Source: Synergistales bacterium
GTDB taxonomy: Bacteria > Synergistota > Synergistia > Synergistales > JAFGMB01
DNA: 64,000 bases
Direction of reading: 5' to 3'
Assembly: GCA_963666205.1 (NCBI GenBank)
Contig: OY762654.1
Span: 2,377,536 to 2,441,535, forward strand
Shown: positions 49,616 through 59,662 of the stretch, one piece after another
Layout of the letters: every line of letters begins with the position of its first letter
How positions within the stretch are numbered: position 1 is the first letter of the stretch
Made by a program: the position numbers and the translations under genes
Notes under the pieces: generated by a model
Told to the model about the DNA's origin: nothing
The model's input: the letters and a program-made list of their open reading frames with translations, nothing else
Databases searched by the model: none

Positions 49616-51448
49616 ATGAAATCCGGTAACAAAGAGCCTAACAGGCTCATAAACGAAAGATCCCCCTACCTCCTGCAGCATGCCCATAATCCGGTGGACT
49701 GGTACCCATGGGGAAAAGAAGCATTTCAGAAGGCCAGGGAGGAAGATAAACCGGTTTTTCTATCCATAGGTTATTCTACATGTCACTGGTGCCATGTCAT
49801 GGAAAGAGAATGTTTTGACCACCCTGAAGTAGCAGAACTTATGAACGATGTCTGTGTCTGTATCAAGGTGGACAGGGAGGAAAGGCCTGACCTGGATGGG
49901 AATTTTATGGCAGTCAGCCAGGTCATGAACAACAGCGGGGGCTGGCCCCTTAATGTTTTTCTGACACCCGATGGAAGACCTTTTTTTGCAGGAACGTACA
50001 TACCAAGGGAAAGGAAAGGGCAAATACCAGGTATGATGGATATCTTTCCAAGGGTCAAATGGCTCTGGTCTACCCAGAGGGAACAGATCCTCCAGTCTGC
50101 CGAAGGCCTTGTGGAATCTCTCAAAAAGGGTTCTTCCCTGGAGCCCGGAGATATGCCTGATCGTGTAGTTATAGATAGCTGTTTTAAGGAACTGGAGAAA
50201 AATTTTGATGAAGAATGGGGAGGGTTCTTTTCTGCACCTAAATTCCCCATGCCTGGTATTCTCCTGTTCCTGCTTCAGTACTGGCAGAACTATGGTGATG
50301 TGAGATCCCTTGAAATGGTTGAAAAAACCTTAACCAGAATGAGCCTGGGAGGTATATATGATCATCTGGGCGGCGGATTTCACCGGTATTCTACAGATGA
50401 AAAGTGGTTCCTGCCTCATTTTGAGAAGATGTTATATGACCAGGCTCTTCTCATGGTGATCTATACCAGGGCCTTTGCAGTTACAGGAGACCCCCTTTTC
50501 AAAAGGACTCTGGAAGATATAGCCGGTTATGTATTGTCCGATATGACATCTCCAGAAGGTCCTTTTTACTCGGCTGAAGATGCCGATAGTGAAGGAGTAG
50601 AGGGGAAATTTTATACCTGGGAACAGGGTGAAGTAATCAGTGCTTTAGGGGAAGAGGGGGAGTTTTTTCTCGAAATATACAACGTCGAAAAGGGCGGGAA
50701 TTTCGATGAAGAGAGCTCTGGTAAAAAAACGGGTTCCAATATCCTGTTCAGGGAGAAAAGATTTACAGAAATAGCCACTCAGAAAAATATCCACGAAGAG
50801 GAGATCTGTAATCTTATTGACCGTAACAGGGCAGATCTTCTTAAAGTCCGTAATGAAAGGGTAAGACCCTTTAAAGACGACAAGATCCTCACGGACTGGA
50901 ACGGACTGATGATAGCCGCTTTTGCATATGCTGGAAGGATATTGGGTAATATCGATTATATTAACAGGGCTGAGAAGGCTCTTGACTTCTTCCTGCGAAA
51001 AATGAAAACTCCCGAGGGCAAACTTTTTCATAGGTATAGGGATGGAGAAGCTGCTGTTGAAGCCTTTCTTGATGACTACGTTTTTATGGTCTGGGGAATA
51101 AATGAAATATTCAAGGCTACCCGGAAGGAAGAACTCCTTCTTGAGTCCTTAAAGTTTATGGATACCATGACCGTTCTTTTCTGGGATAACGAAAAAGGAG
51201 GTTTCTATGCTACTTCCGAAGGCTCTGAGGACCTGTTCTTCAGGAGGAAAGAAGCCTATGACGGGGCTATTCTTTCAGCCAATTCCGTAGCCATGGATAA
51301 TTTCATTGAACTGGCAAAGCTTACAGGTAAAAATGAATTTACAGAGATGGCCAGGGTCATAGCGAGAGCCTTTGGACAGCAGGTAAGGCTCCTGCCTTCC
51401 TCCCATTCTTATCTGCTTGCCTCGGTGATGAAAATGGAGCATATCTAA
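49616..51448 (+). CDS. Thioredoxin-domain protein, YyaL/SSP411 family
   Basis: NRL...[45 protein letters not shown]. Confidence 0.93.
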   Translation: MKSGNKEPNRLINERSPYLLQHAHNPVDWYPWGKEAFQKAREEDKPVFLSIGYSTCHWCHVMERECFDHPEVAELMNDVCVCIKVDREERPDLDGNFMAVSQVMNNSGGWPLNVFLTPDGRPFFAGTYIPRERKGQIPGMMDIFPRVKWLWSTQREQILQSAEGLVESLKKGSSLEPGDMPDRVVIDSCFKELEKNFDEEWGGFFSAPKFPMPGILLFLLQYWQNYGDVRSLEMVEKTLTRMSLGGIYDHLGGGFHRYSTDEKWFLPHFEKMLYDQALLMVIYTRAFAVTGDPLFKRTLEDIAGYVLSDMTSPEGPFYSAEDADSEGVEGKFYTWEQGEVISALGEEGEFFLEIYNVEKGGNFDEESSGKKTGSNILFREKRFTEIATQKNIHEEEICNLIDRNRADLLKVRNERVRPFKDDKILTDWNGLMIAAFAYAGRILGNIDYINRAEKALDFFLRKMKTPEGKLFHRYRDGEAAVEAFLDDYVFMVWGINEIFKATRKEELLLESLKFMDTMTVLFWDNEKGGFYATSEGSEDLFFRRKEAYDGAILSANSVAMDNFIELAKLTGKNEFTEMARVIARAFGQQVRLLPSSHSYLLASVMKMEHI

Positions 51449-52074
51449 AGAGACCGGCTTCCGCCTGTCTCTTTTTTCTCCTTCTTTTTATGAAAAATAA
51501 AGTATGTTCCTCCAAGGGCAAAACAGAAAAGGATCAGGATAATGGTTAACCTGTGAAGGTATATGTTTAAAAGGCTTTCACTGGAACCTACGGCGTAACC
51601 CAGAACTGCCAGGATCAGGACCCAGATCCCTGAACCCAGGGCTGTGAAAATGGTGAATTGAATAAGGTTCATCCGGGCAACACCGGCTGGTAGTGATATA
51701 TACTGTCTTATGCCAGGAAGGAGTCTCCCGATCAGGGTGCTTATATGCCCGTGTTTCTGAAAATATTCCTCAGCCTTGTCAAGGGTGCGGGTTGAAACAA
51801 GAAAATATTTTCCATACCTGTTGAAAAAGGGTCTACCGACCTTCAGGGATATCCAGTAATTGAAAAGGGCGCCCAGAAGGCTTCCAAGGATACCCGCAAT
51901 GATTACGAGAAAAATATTCATCTGTCCTTTGGAAGCCAGGTATCCGGCAGGGGGAATGACCACTTCGCTCGGAAAGGGAAAGAAGGATGACTCAAGGAAC
52001 ATCAGGCAGACAATACCCGTATATCCCAACTGACCAATTGTGTTGACAAGCCACGAAACAAGTGTTGAAAGCAT
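51445..52074 (-). CDS. DedA family membrane protein
   Basis: [28 protein letters not shown]. Confidence 0.93.
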   Translation of the reverse strand: MLSTLVSWLVNTIGQLGYTGIVCLMFLESSFFPFPSEVVIPPAGYLASKGQMNIFLVIIAGILGSLLGALFNYWISLKVGRPFFNRYGKYFLVSTRTLDKAEEYFQKHGHISTLIGRLLPGIRQYISLPAGVARMNLIQFTIFTALGSGIWVLILAVLGYAVGSSESLLNIYLHRLTIILILFCFALGGTYFIFHKKKEKKETGGSRSL

Positions 52075-52150
52075 TATTTTCTCCTAAAATCCCTATCTAT
52101 AGGGGCGGGCCAGATAATTTTAACATGGCATCTTTGCTTTTAGACTGTCT

Positions 52151-52981
52151 CTACCATTTTTCAACGCTTTCCGCCAGATCAAGAGCAACACTTACCCAGC
52201 GTCTCATCTCCCTGAAATTATTTCCTCTGAAAACAACTGTTCTTCCATCTTTTCTCATACAATCCGGGATGACAGCGACAGCATCGCACTGGCTTGAAAG
52301 CTGAAAGGATATTTCCAGTTCATAGGGAAGGTCCGGTTTAAAGAAGGGCTGATTTCCCTCATGAAACAACTTCACAGCTTCCATGGCGCCAAGTCTTATT
52401 TTTTCCCATGTTTCTTCAGGAGAGAGAAGGTTACCGCAGAACTGTCCTCTTCCTGTCTTGACAAAGGCTGTTATAACCTTTTTTCCAAGAAATTCCTCCG
52501 CCTCTGTACAAAGGGCACGATCCCCCGTAGCAAATATAACAGGAACACCGAAATCAGAGCAGAGAGCAGCATTAAGTCCCAGCTCACCGCATTTCCTGCC
52601 ATTTAACTTTATGCTGTGGGCAGAAATATCTACAGTGTGGTCCAGCATAGCCCCGGCAGTACCAGCCATGGCATGATAGCCTATAAAAAAAGCAGCATCG
52701 CATCCTGACACTCCTTCCATCATTCCAAGTTCTTTAGGTGATCCGCTTATAAGCTCCATACCCCTGGGAATTGATCTGACGTCCAGGTTTATCATCCTTG
52801 AATGTGCATCATTGATCATTATTTCTGTAACCCCGGCATCTTTTGCTCCCGCAACAGCTGCCAGCAGATCATGTTCCTGCATTTTTCGGCCGAAGCTGTA
52901 CTCAGGAGAACCTGCCTTAACCTGAGATGGATTGACTATCCCTGTGGCTCCCTCCATATCAACGCTCATATAAAGTTTCAA
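52151..52981 (-). CDS. dppA: D-aminopeptidase, peptidase family M55
   Basis: SVDMEG, NDAH, GYHA, DHT, GE.GLNA, TGD; start at TTG 52981. Confidence 0.9.
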   Translation of the reverse strand: MKLYMSVDMEGATGIVNPSQVKAGSPEYSFGRKMQEHDLLAAVAGAKDAGVTEIMINDAHSRMINLDVRSIPRGMELISGSPKELGMMEGVSGCDAAFFIGYHAMAGTAGAMLDHTVDISAHSIKLNGRKCGELGLNAALCSDFGVPVIFATGDRALCTEAEEFLGKKVITAFVKTGRGQFCGNLLSPEETWEKIRLGAMEAVKLFHEGNQPFFKPDLPYELEISFQLSSQCDAVAVIPDCMRKDGRTVVFRGNNFREMRRWVSVALDLAESVEKW

Positions 52982-53070
52982 AACGCAACCCTCCATATTG
53001 ATTCTGAATTTCCGATCAGCAAGTATCGATCCGGAGATGCGACATTAGGTAGAACAGCGATCAGGAGTTT

Positions 53071-54417
53071 TCAGGAGCATCCCTTCCTTAGATATTCCAT
53101 TTCACCCCTGAAAAGGAACAATGCCACTATACATGCTCCAATGTCTGCTACCGGGAAAGCGACCCATATACCCTCAAGCGCCCAGATCAGGGGAAGCACA
53201 AGAACCAGGGGTATAAGGAAAAAGATCTGCCTGGCCATTGAAAGCATGAGGGCAGGTATGGCTTTCCCTATGGCCTGATACATGCCGGATGCCATTACCT
53301 GGAATCCTACAACAGGAAGTCCCAGTGCTATTATCCTGGATGCGTGAGAACCGATCTTCAATACTTCCGGGTTTGATGTGAATAGGCTCAGGATCCATGA
53401 GGGGAAAAAGAAAAGAATGCCGAAACTGAAAAGACAGATGGCAGTTGAAACTATTATCGCAAGCTGAATAGCTCTTTGAACCCTGCAGTATTTTTTTGCC
53501 CCGAAGTTATAGCCCACTATGGGAAGTAACCCCTGTACTATGCCAAAGATGGGCATTATGGCCAGCATCATGAGTCTTCGTATTATTCCGAAGGCCGCGA
53601 TGGCCATATCTCCACCATAAATAGCAAGACTGTGATTCATTATTACTGCTGTAAGGCTGGCTGCCCCCTGGCGCATGAAGGCAGATGCTCCTATGGCGAA
53701 TGTTTCCTTCAGTATGCCGAGGTCAGGGTAAAGATCTTTAAGACCTGGCCGCAGGCTGCTCCGCAGGGAAAGGAAATACCAGGCAAGCCACAGGGCTGTG
53801 CATCCCTGTGAAATAATGGTTGCATATGCAGCACCCCTGACACCCATATGAAAAATAAAAATAAAAACGGGATCGAGGATAGTGTTTACCCCCGCCGAGA
53901 TAAGCATTGTCATCATTGCGAATTTTGCATTGCCCTCAGCCCTGACCACATTGTTGGATGTGATGGAAAAGGCAAAAACCACAGTTCCGAGAAAGATTAT
54001 GGCCATATAGTCCGAGGCGTAAGGTAGAATATCCTTTGTTGCCCCGAAAAGTAAAAGGATAGGTTCCAGCCAGACAAGGCCAACAACTGCAATGACAAGA
54101 CTGAGCAGGATCACTGTTCCTATCATGTTTCCCAGAGTTCTGTTAGCCCTGCCGTATTTTCTGGCACCCAGACTTCGGGAAATTATGGAGGAACCACCGA
54201 TACCTATGGTCTGGGCAATGGCCATTATTATCATCTGAAGTGGAAATGCAATTGACAGGCCGGCTATGGCAAGAACCCCGACTCCTCTTCCTACAAAAAA
54301 AGTATCAACAAGATTGTAGGTAGCCTGAACCATCATCCCGATCATTGCCGGAGAGGACAGCCTGAAAAGCAGGGAACCGATTCCCTCATTTCCCATAAAA
54401 TCAGATCTGTCTGTCAT
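53071..54417 (-). CDS. MATE family efflux transporter (MepA-like)
   Basis: YNLVDTFFVG, RAEGN, NTILDPVFIF, GAAYAT, GYNFGA; start at ATG 54417. Confidence 0.92.
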   Translation of the reverse strand: MTDRSDFMGNEGIGSLLFRLSSPAMIGMMVQATYNLVDTFFVGRGVGVLAIAGLSIAFPLQMIIMAIAQTIGIGGSSIISRSLGARKYGRANRTLGNMIGTVILLSLVIAVVGLVWLEPILLLFGATKDILPYASDYMAIIFLGTVVFAFSITSNNVVRAEGNAKFAMMTMLISAGVNTILDPVFIFIFHMGVRGAAYATIISQGCTALWLAWYFLSLRSSLRPGLKDLYPDLGILKETFAIGASAFMRQGAASLTAVIMNHSLAIYGGDMAIAAFGIIRRLMMLAIMPIFGIVQGLLPIVGYNFGAKKYCRVQRAIQLAIIVSTAICLFSFGILFFFPSWILSLFTSNPEVLKIGSHASRIIALGLPVVGFQVMASGMYQAIGKAIPALMLSMARQIFFLIPLVLVLPLIWALEGIWVAFPVADIGACIVALFLFRGEMEYLRKGCS

Positions 54418-54626
54418 TGAAATACCCCCGATCATCTGCCTTAAAGTATAGCAGAAACACCTTTTTTCCCTACGCCTTCAGCCTGCTTTAACAAACTTCA
54501 GAACTTTCACTCTGGTATCTTTAACGTGAATAGAACTTGTCTTTTCTTTTTAGCATTTAACAGCTATAATGCCACAACTGCCGTATAATGAAACACAACT
54601 TATGCTTCAATTCTGGAGGACAATTA

Positions 54627-55301
54627 ATGGCATCAATGAATTACTGGGACCACAACGTAGATCTGAGGATCGTTTCATGGTTCCCCCTGGGCAGAGACTA
54701 CAAGCCTGTTTCCATAAATGCATATCACAGTAATGTTCTGGAGAACATTGCCAGCCTGTCTCTTGACCTGGACAGTGAGCTGTTCTGTCTCACAAGTCTT
54801 AAAAGCGGTTATGTCGGTTCTCTCCTGAGGGATAACATGCTTATTCCTGGTAAGGATATAAAGGTTGACCTGGGTTTTACCATGGTTTTCGGTTACTCAC
54901 ATAAAATGGAATCCCTTCTTTTCAGCCTGCTGAAGGGAATCCAGGGTATAAATGGAGGCATTACGACATGTACGTTGTGGAATAATGATCTCTTCCTCGA
55001 CAGTTTTAAATCAATAATACTTGTTAGTACAAATCCCCTGTTCGATGAAGAAAGTTTCTTTACTCTTCTTGTAAAGGCTATGAAAATCGTCTCTGATGCA
55101 AGTTCATCCATGACCTATTTTGCAGAAAAATTCGGTTACACCAGGTTCTTCATACCCTTTGAAACTGACAATCCTACCAGTCTTCAGATATCCCGTTACC
55201 TCTATGAGATGGAATTTGAGGAAACTCGAAAAACAGTAGGACCTTCACCGGAGAGATCCCTCCCTGAAGTAATTGGCCTTATGCTCAAGGAGGAGGAATA
55301 G
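54627..55301 (+). CDS. Hypothetical protein
   Basis: Long ORF filling an intergenic gap with GGAGG RBS before ATG 54627; no family recognised. Confidence 0.7.
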   Translation: MASMNYWDHNVDLRIVSWFPLGRDYKPVSINAYHSNVLENIASLSLDLDSELFCLTSLKSGYVGSLLRDNMLIPGKDIKVDLGFTMVFGYSHKMESLLFSLLKGIQGINGGITTCTLWNNDLFLDSFKSIILVSTNPLFDEESFFTLLVKAMKIVSDASSSMTYFAEKFGYTRFFIPFETDNPTSLQISRYLYEMEFEETRKTVGPSPERSLPEVIGLMLKEEE

Positions 55302-55341
55302 GGTCAGCAAGGAGTATATTAAAATTAAGTTTAAAAAATGT

Positions 55342-55511
55342 GTCCTGTGAAGGGATTTTACCTCAGTGGAATTCAATTCAGGTACAGATCTGGCAGGGAG
55401 TTAAGGTTATTATCCTGGTTTTCCGGTTTCATGGAACGGGGTAACCTTTTACCTTACTACCCATCCCATCACAGGTTTGTACCAGGATTATTCCATCCAG
55501 GCCTCCAGGAT
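55342..55511 (+). ncRNA. ssrS: Rod-like structured RNA, candidate 6S RNA
   Basis: End-to-end pairing GTCCTG/CAGGAT, TGGAAT/ATTCCA, GGTACAGATCTG/CAGGTTTGTACC, GGGAGT.AAGGT/ACCTTACTACCC, TTATCCTG/CGGGGTAA; G-U pairs favour the + strand. Confidence 0.55.
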
Positions 55512-55531
55512 CGATCAATTGCCATCATCAT

Positions 55532-55564
55532 GGAGTTAACATAGTTCACCTCCCTTTTTTTTTT
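55532..55564 (+). terminator. Intrinsic terminator after the candidate ncRNA
   Basis: GGAG.TAAC-ATA-GTT..CTCC imperfect stem followed by 10 T. Confidence 0.55.
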
Positions 55565-55761
55565 GACATCTTTATTGCAGGGCGTGCAATTTTATGGTTA
55601 TTCCTGTACAATATCCTTTTGTTGCATAAACTGCCAAAAAGAGTTATCCTATTCTAACACTCCGCAGTATGCAGTCTGAATTTCTATCCAAACATTCAAT
55701 ATTTGAGATTAAGGGTCAAAAATTCAACGCTAGTCTAAAAACTGGAGGGAAATTACTGCCT

Positions 55762-56907
55762 ATGGATATCAAGGACGATAATAACACCCAGCAACTTGAT
55801 GCCAGGGAATTTTCCAATGAAGATCTCATAGGTTACATGGACAAGATCCGTGAACTTATCCATGAGGGACGGGAAAAGGGTTTTGTAAGCCAGAAGGATA
55901 TTGAAAAATTTATTCCCATTGAGATCTGGAGTACGGAGATCCTCGAAAATGTGGTTACAAACCTTATGGAACTGGGAATAAGGGTCGTAGAGGAAGAGAA
56001 GGAAGAAGAGGTTGTAAGCGGAGAAGCTTCCCTTGTCGAAACAGTGGAAGATTCGGAACTTGGAAAGCTTGACGATATTCCGCTCACAGACCCTGTACGA
56101 ATGTACCTGAGAGAGATAGGTAAAGTACCTCTTCTGAGCCCGGCTCAGGAGGTGGAACTGGCCAAGAGAGTTGAGGCAGGGGATCCCCTTGCCAAAAAGA
56201 AGATAGTCGATGCCAACCTCCGCCTTGTGGTAAGTATAGCCAAGAAATATATTGGTAGAGGAATGCTTTTCCTGGACCTGATCCAGGAGGGTAACCTTGG
56301 CCTTATCAGGGCAGTGGAAAAATTCGATTATCGCAAGGGATTCAAGTTCAGTACCTACGCAACCTGGTGGATACGCCAGGCCATAACCAGGGCCATAGCA
56401 GACCAGGCCAGGACTATAAGAGTTCCTGTTCACATGGTGGAGACCATCAACAAGATGGTAAGGATCTCAAGACAGCTGGTCCAGCGTCTGGGCAGGGAAC
56501 CCACAGATGATGAAATAGCAGCGGAAATGGAAATTGAGGAGGGCAAGGTGGAAGAGATCCGCCGTATTGCCCAGCTCCCTGTTTCCCTGGAAACACCAAT
56601 AGGAGAAGAGGAAGACAGTCAGCTAGGAGATTTCATTGAGGACAGAGATCTTCCGAGCCCTGAAGAGTCTGCAGCGGGTCATCTTCTGCGGGAGCAGATC
56701 GAGGAAATGCTTGGAGCTCTTTCAGAGAGGGAAAAGGAAGTCCTCCATTACCGCTTCGGACTGGAAGACGGACGTTCCTATACCCTGGAAGAAGTGGGTA
56801 AACGTTTCGGTGTAACCCGTGAACGAATACGCCAGATCGAGGCCAAGGCACTCAGGAAATTGCGCCATCCCAGCAGAAGCAAAAAACTGCGCGATTTCCT
56901 TGATTAA
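55762..56907 (+). CDS. rpoD: Primary RNA polymerase sigma factor RpoD/SigA
   Basis: [60 protein letters not shown]; start at ATG 55762 behind GGAGGG. Confidence 0.97.
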   Translation: MDIKDDNNTQQLDAREFSNEDLIGYMDKIRELIHEGREKGFVSQKDIEKFIPIEIWSTEILENVVTNLMELGIRVVEEEKEEEVVSGEASLVETVEDSELGKLDDIPLTDPVRMYLREIGKVPLLSPAQEVELAKRVEAGDPLAKKKIVDANLRLVVSIAKKYIGRGMLFLDLIQEGNLGLIRAVEKFDYRKGFKFSTYATWWIRQAITRAIADQARTIRVPVHMVETINKMVRISRQLVQRLGREPTDDEIAAEMEIEEGKVEEIRRIAQLPVSLETPIGEEEDSQLGDFIEDRDLPSPEESAAGHLLREQIEEMLGALSEREKEVLHYRFGLEDGRSYTLEEVGKRFGVTRERIRQIEAKALRKLRHPSRSKKLRDFLD

Positions 56908-56923
56908 AAATAACAATACATAG

Positions 56924-56947
56924 AGGGGAGGCCGGCAGGCCTCCCCT
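56924..56947 (+). terminator. Terminator hairpin after rpoD
   Basis: AGGGGAGGCC-GGCA-GGCCTCCCCT. Confidence 0.75.
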
Positions 56948-56966
56948 TGTTATAACAGAATTTTTC

Positions 56967-56995
56967 TATAGGATGCGCTTCAGCGCATCAAAAAA
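56967..56995 (+). repeat. REP-like palindromic repeat, copy 1
   Basis: TATAGGATGCGCTTCAGCGCATCAAAAAA. Confidence 0.75.
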
Positions 56996-56996
56996 C

Positions 56997-58154
56997 TTAC
57001 ATCGATACCATGGCCAGGATCTTTGTAAAGGTCACCATACAGATTATAGCTACCGGGTATGTCGCCCCGTACCCGGCTCCACATTCTTCCCCTCCTGTGG
57101 CATCAATAGCTGCTCCCAGCCCTGGAGTGCTTGTCATTGCTCCACATATGGCGCCTGCAAGAAGGATCCAGTTTATTCTGAAGACGTACCTTCCGATAAA
57201 GAACCCCGCCAGCTCTGCTCCCAGTGCTGCCAGAAGACCTATGGCCATTATTGCCAGACCATTCTCACTCAGTGCTTCCAGAACTTTAGGTCCGGCCATC
57301 AGACCCACCACGGCGAGGAAGTAGGCAAGAGATAGGGAACGGAGGGCAGAAAGGGTACGGTGATCCATTCTCATCGGAAAGGGACCAAGTCTTCCCATGG
57401 AACCGAAAACCAGGGCGATTATCAGAGCTCCGCCGGTTGTCCCCAGGGAAAGTTTTCCGAGACCGGGAAGATTAACTGATATTTTCCCGAAGGCTACTCC
57501 GCAGACTATGCATATTACGAAGGATAAAAGGGAAAAAGAGAGGGATTCTCTTTTGGATTCTCCACCCTCATCTGAAACCGGGTGGAAAGACCTTTTCAGT
57601 TCCTCCCTTTCCTTCTCAAGGTCGAAATGGAAAAGAGAAGGAGCCAGTTGAACGAAAAGTACAACAGCTATTACGCCAAAGGGATAGGCAATGGTGTACC
57701 CGATGGTTACAAGAGGATTTCCTCCCGTTGTTTCCAGGGCTGCGCCAAGGCCTGGCGAACTGGTGAGTGCTCCAGTGTATGATCCTGCAACAAGAAGGGG
57801 ATCGATACCTCCGCTTGAGGCCAGTATACTGCCAAGGAAAAAGGTTATAAGGGCACCCACGGAGGTGACCACAATTCCCAGGATTATGAACTTTGCGCCG
57901 TAGTGTTTTACCACGGTCACTATATCCTCAGATGCCAGAAGTCCTACTGCGACGACAAAGATAACAAGATTCCATGTGAAGTAGGCATAGGGGACAGTAA
58001 AACCCATAAGTCCCAGAGCCAGGCCAGTGAAAAGGGCTCCTGATGTTCCTAGACCTATTCCACTGATCCTTATCCTGCCTATCATGAGTCCGGATGCAAC
58101 AGCCAGGCTCATTAGAAAAATATGATTCTCGAACAGTTCTGCGATGTAATCCAA
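56997..58154 (-). CDS. YidE/YbjL (AspT-like) duplicated-domain transporter lacking TrkA-C domains
   Basis: Two repeats of LG..G.L...L and GA.TS.PGLGAA...GY...YP; start at TTG 58154. Confidence 0.85.
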   Translation of the reverse strand: MDYIAELFENHIFLMSLAVASGLMIGRIRISGIGLGTSGALFTGLALGLMGFTVPYAYFTWNLVIFVVAVGLLASEDIVTVVKHYGAKFIILGIVVTSVGALITFFLGSILASSGGIDPLLVAGSYTGALTSSPGLGAALETTGGNPLVTIGYTIAYPFGVIAVVLFVQLAPSLFHFDLEKEREELKRSFHPVSDEGGESKRESLSFSLLSFVICIVCGVAFGKISVNLPGLGKLSLGTTGGALIIALVFGSMGRLGPFPMRMDHRTLSALRSLSLAYFLAVVGLMAGPKVLEALSENGLAIMAIGLLAALGAELAGFFIGRYVFRINWILLAGAICGAMTSTPGLGAAIDATGGEECGAGYGATYPVAIICMVTFTKILAMVSM

Positions 58155-58430
58155 AATGCTTCCCCCGTTTATTATCATATAGGTGACATTATATAGCAGT
58201 TAACCACCATATCTCCATAGTCATACAATTCCAGCAGCCTGAACTTTCTGTTAAGATATCATTATGACAGAGTTTTTGTGAAGTGTTTAATAGTATGGTT
58301 TTGAGTGCCTCTAAATACTGTGGAAATAAGACTTGCTTCTGCGCGATTTAATGGCAATATAATTAATATATGAAAGATCCGTTCATCAGGACAATGACAG
58401 TATCTTACTGTCTGGTCGGCTCCAGTTTTG

Positions 58431-58459
58431 TATAGGATGCGCTTCAGCGCAACAAAAAA
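58431..58459 (+). repeat. REP-like palindromic repeat, copy 2
   Basis: TATAGGATGCGCTTCAGCGCAACAAAAAA (28/29 identical to copy 1). Confidence 0.75.
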
Positions 58460-58551
58460 GACCAATTTTAATGTTTTTCCCAAAATAGCACATCCAAAAT
58501 TAAGTTGTTTTTGTGATGGCAAAATTACCTGTTTTTTTTCGAGGTGGTTAA

Positions 58552-59577
58552 ATGTCTACTTATTCAGAAATTCAGGAGAAACTCAGATCCATGCCCCGTA
58601 AATGGCTGGTAACCGGTGCTGCCGGTTTCATTGGTTCTAACATCGTTGGAAAACTCCTCGAACTTGACCAGACAGTTGCAGGAATTGATAACCTTTCCAG
58701 TGGATACAGAAAGAATATCGACCAGGTGCTGGACTGTATTACCTCCGAACAGGCAGCCCGCTTTACCTTCATTCAAGGCGATATAACCGATCTGAAAACC
58801 TGTGCATCCGCATGTAAGGATATTGAAAATGTCCTTCATCACGCAGCCCAGGTAAGTGTTCCAGCCTCCGTCGAAGACCCTTTATACAACAATAGAGTCA
58901 ATGTTGATGGCTTCCTGAATATCCTTGCCTCCTCAAAAGATAGCGGGGTAAAAAGGGTGGTATATGCATCTTCAAGCGCCGTTTACGGAAATGACCCGGA
59001 ACTTCCAAAACACGAAGAAATGAAATGTAATCCCATTTCCCCTTATGGACTCACAAAACTTATGGATGAAATGTACGCACGTTTCTTTTTCGAAAGCTGT
59101 GGACTGGAAACAGTTGGCCTCCGTTATTTTAATGTCTTTGGCCCGAGGCAGGACCCCGATGGAGCCTATGCCGCGGTAATTCCCAAATGGATCTCGGCAT
59201 TTATGGATGGGAAACAGCCCGTAATATACGGAGATGGAGAACAGACCCGTGACTTCTGTTATGTGGAAAACGTAGTGCAGGCCAATATCCTGGCTGCCTG
59301 TTCAGAGAATGGAGAAGCAGGAGGAAATGTCTTTAATGTTGCCTGTGAAAGGTCTATGGATCTTAACGAACTCTTCGTTCTCATAAAGGAACATCTATCT
59401 TTGAGAGATCCGGATTTCGAAGCTGTAATGCCCAGGTATCTTCCACCAAGGACAGGTGATATAAAACACTCCTGGGCAAGTATCGAAAAGATCCGGGAAT
59501 ATCTTGGATACGAGCCTGTCCATTCAGTATCAGAAGGCCTTGCAGCGGCACTGGACTGGTATATGACAAATCTGTAA
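58552..59577 (+). CDS. UDP-GlcNAc 4-epimerase, WbpP/TviC-like SDR
   Basis: WLVTGAAGFIGSN, SVPASVEDP, ASSSAVYG, SPYGLTK, LRYFNVFGPRQDP.GAYAAVIPKW. Confidence 0.9.
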   Translation: MSTYSEIQEKLRSMPRKWLVTGAAGFIGSNIVGKLLELDQTVAGIDNLSSGYRKNIDQVLDCITSEQAARFTFIQGDITDLKTCASACKDIENVLHHAAQVSVPASVEDPLYNNRVNVDGFLNILASSKDSGVKRVVYASSSAVYGNDPELPKHEEMKCNPISPYGLTKLMDEMYARFFFESCGLETVGLRYFNVFGPRQDPDGAYAAVIPKWISAFMDGKQPVIYGDGEQTRDFCYVENVVQANILAACSENGEAGGNVFNVACERSMDLNELFVLIKEHLSLRDPDFEAVMPRYLPPRTGDIKHSWASIEKIREYLGYEPVHSVSEGLAAALDWYMTNL

Positions 59578-59662
59578 CAACAAATAGATCTGTACGAAAA
59601 AATATTTCCTGGTATAAGCTTCCATGTGAAGTTATTACAGGAACAGCAGGAGGTCCTGATAG

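Noticed and set aside
55338-55544. 68-aa ORF over the structured region upstream of rpoD
   Set aside because: No RBS and implausible composition; extensive base pairing favours an RNA.
55524-55554. Minus-strand strong RBS (GGGAGGTG) followed by ATG TTA ACT CCA TGA TGA, with further in-frame TGAs
   Set aside because: Four-codon ORF with no SECIS-like stem or recognisable read-through product; the apparent RBS is explained as the 3' arm of the plus-strand terminator.
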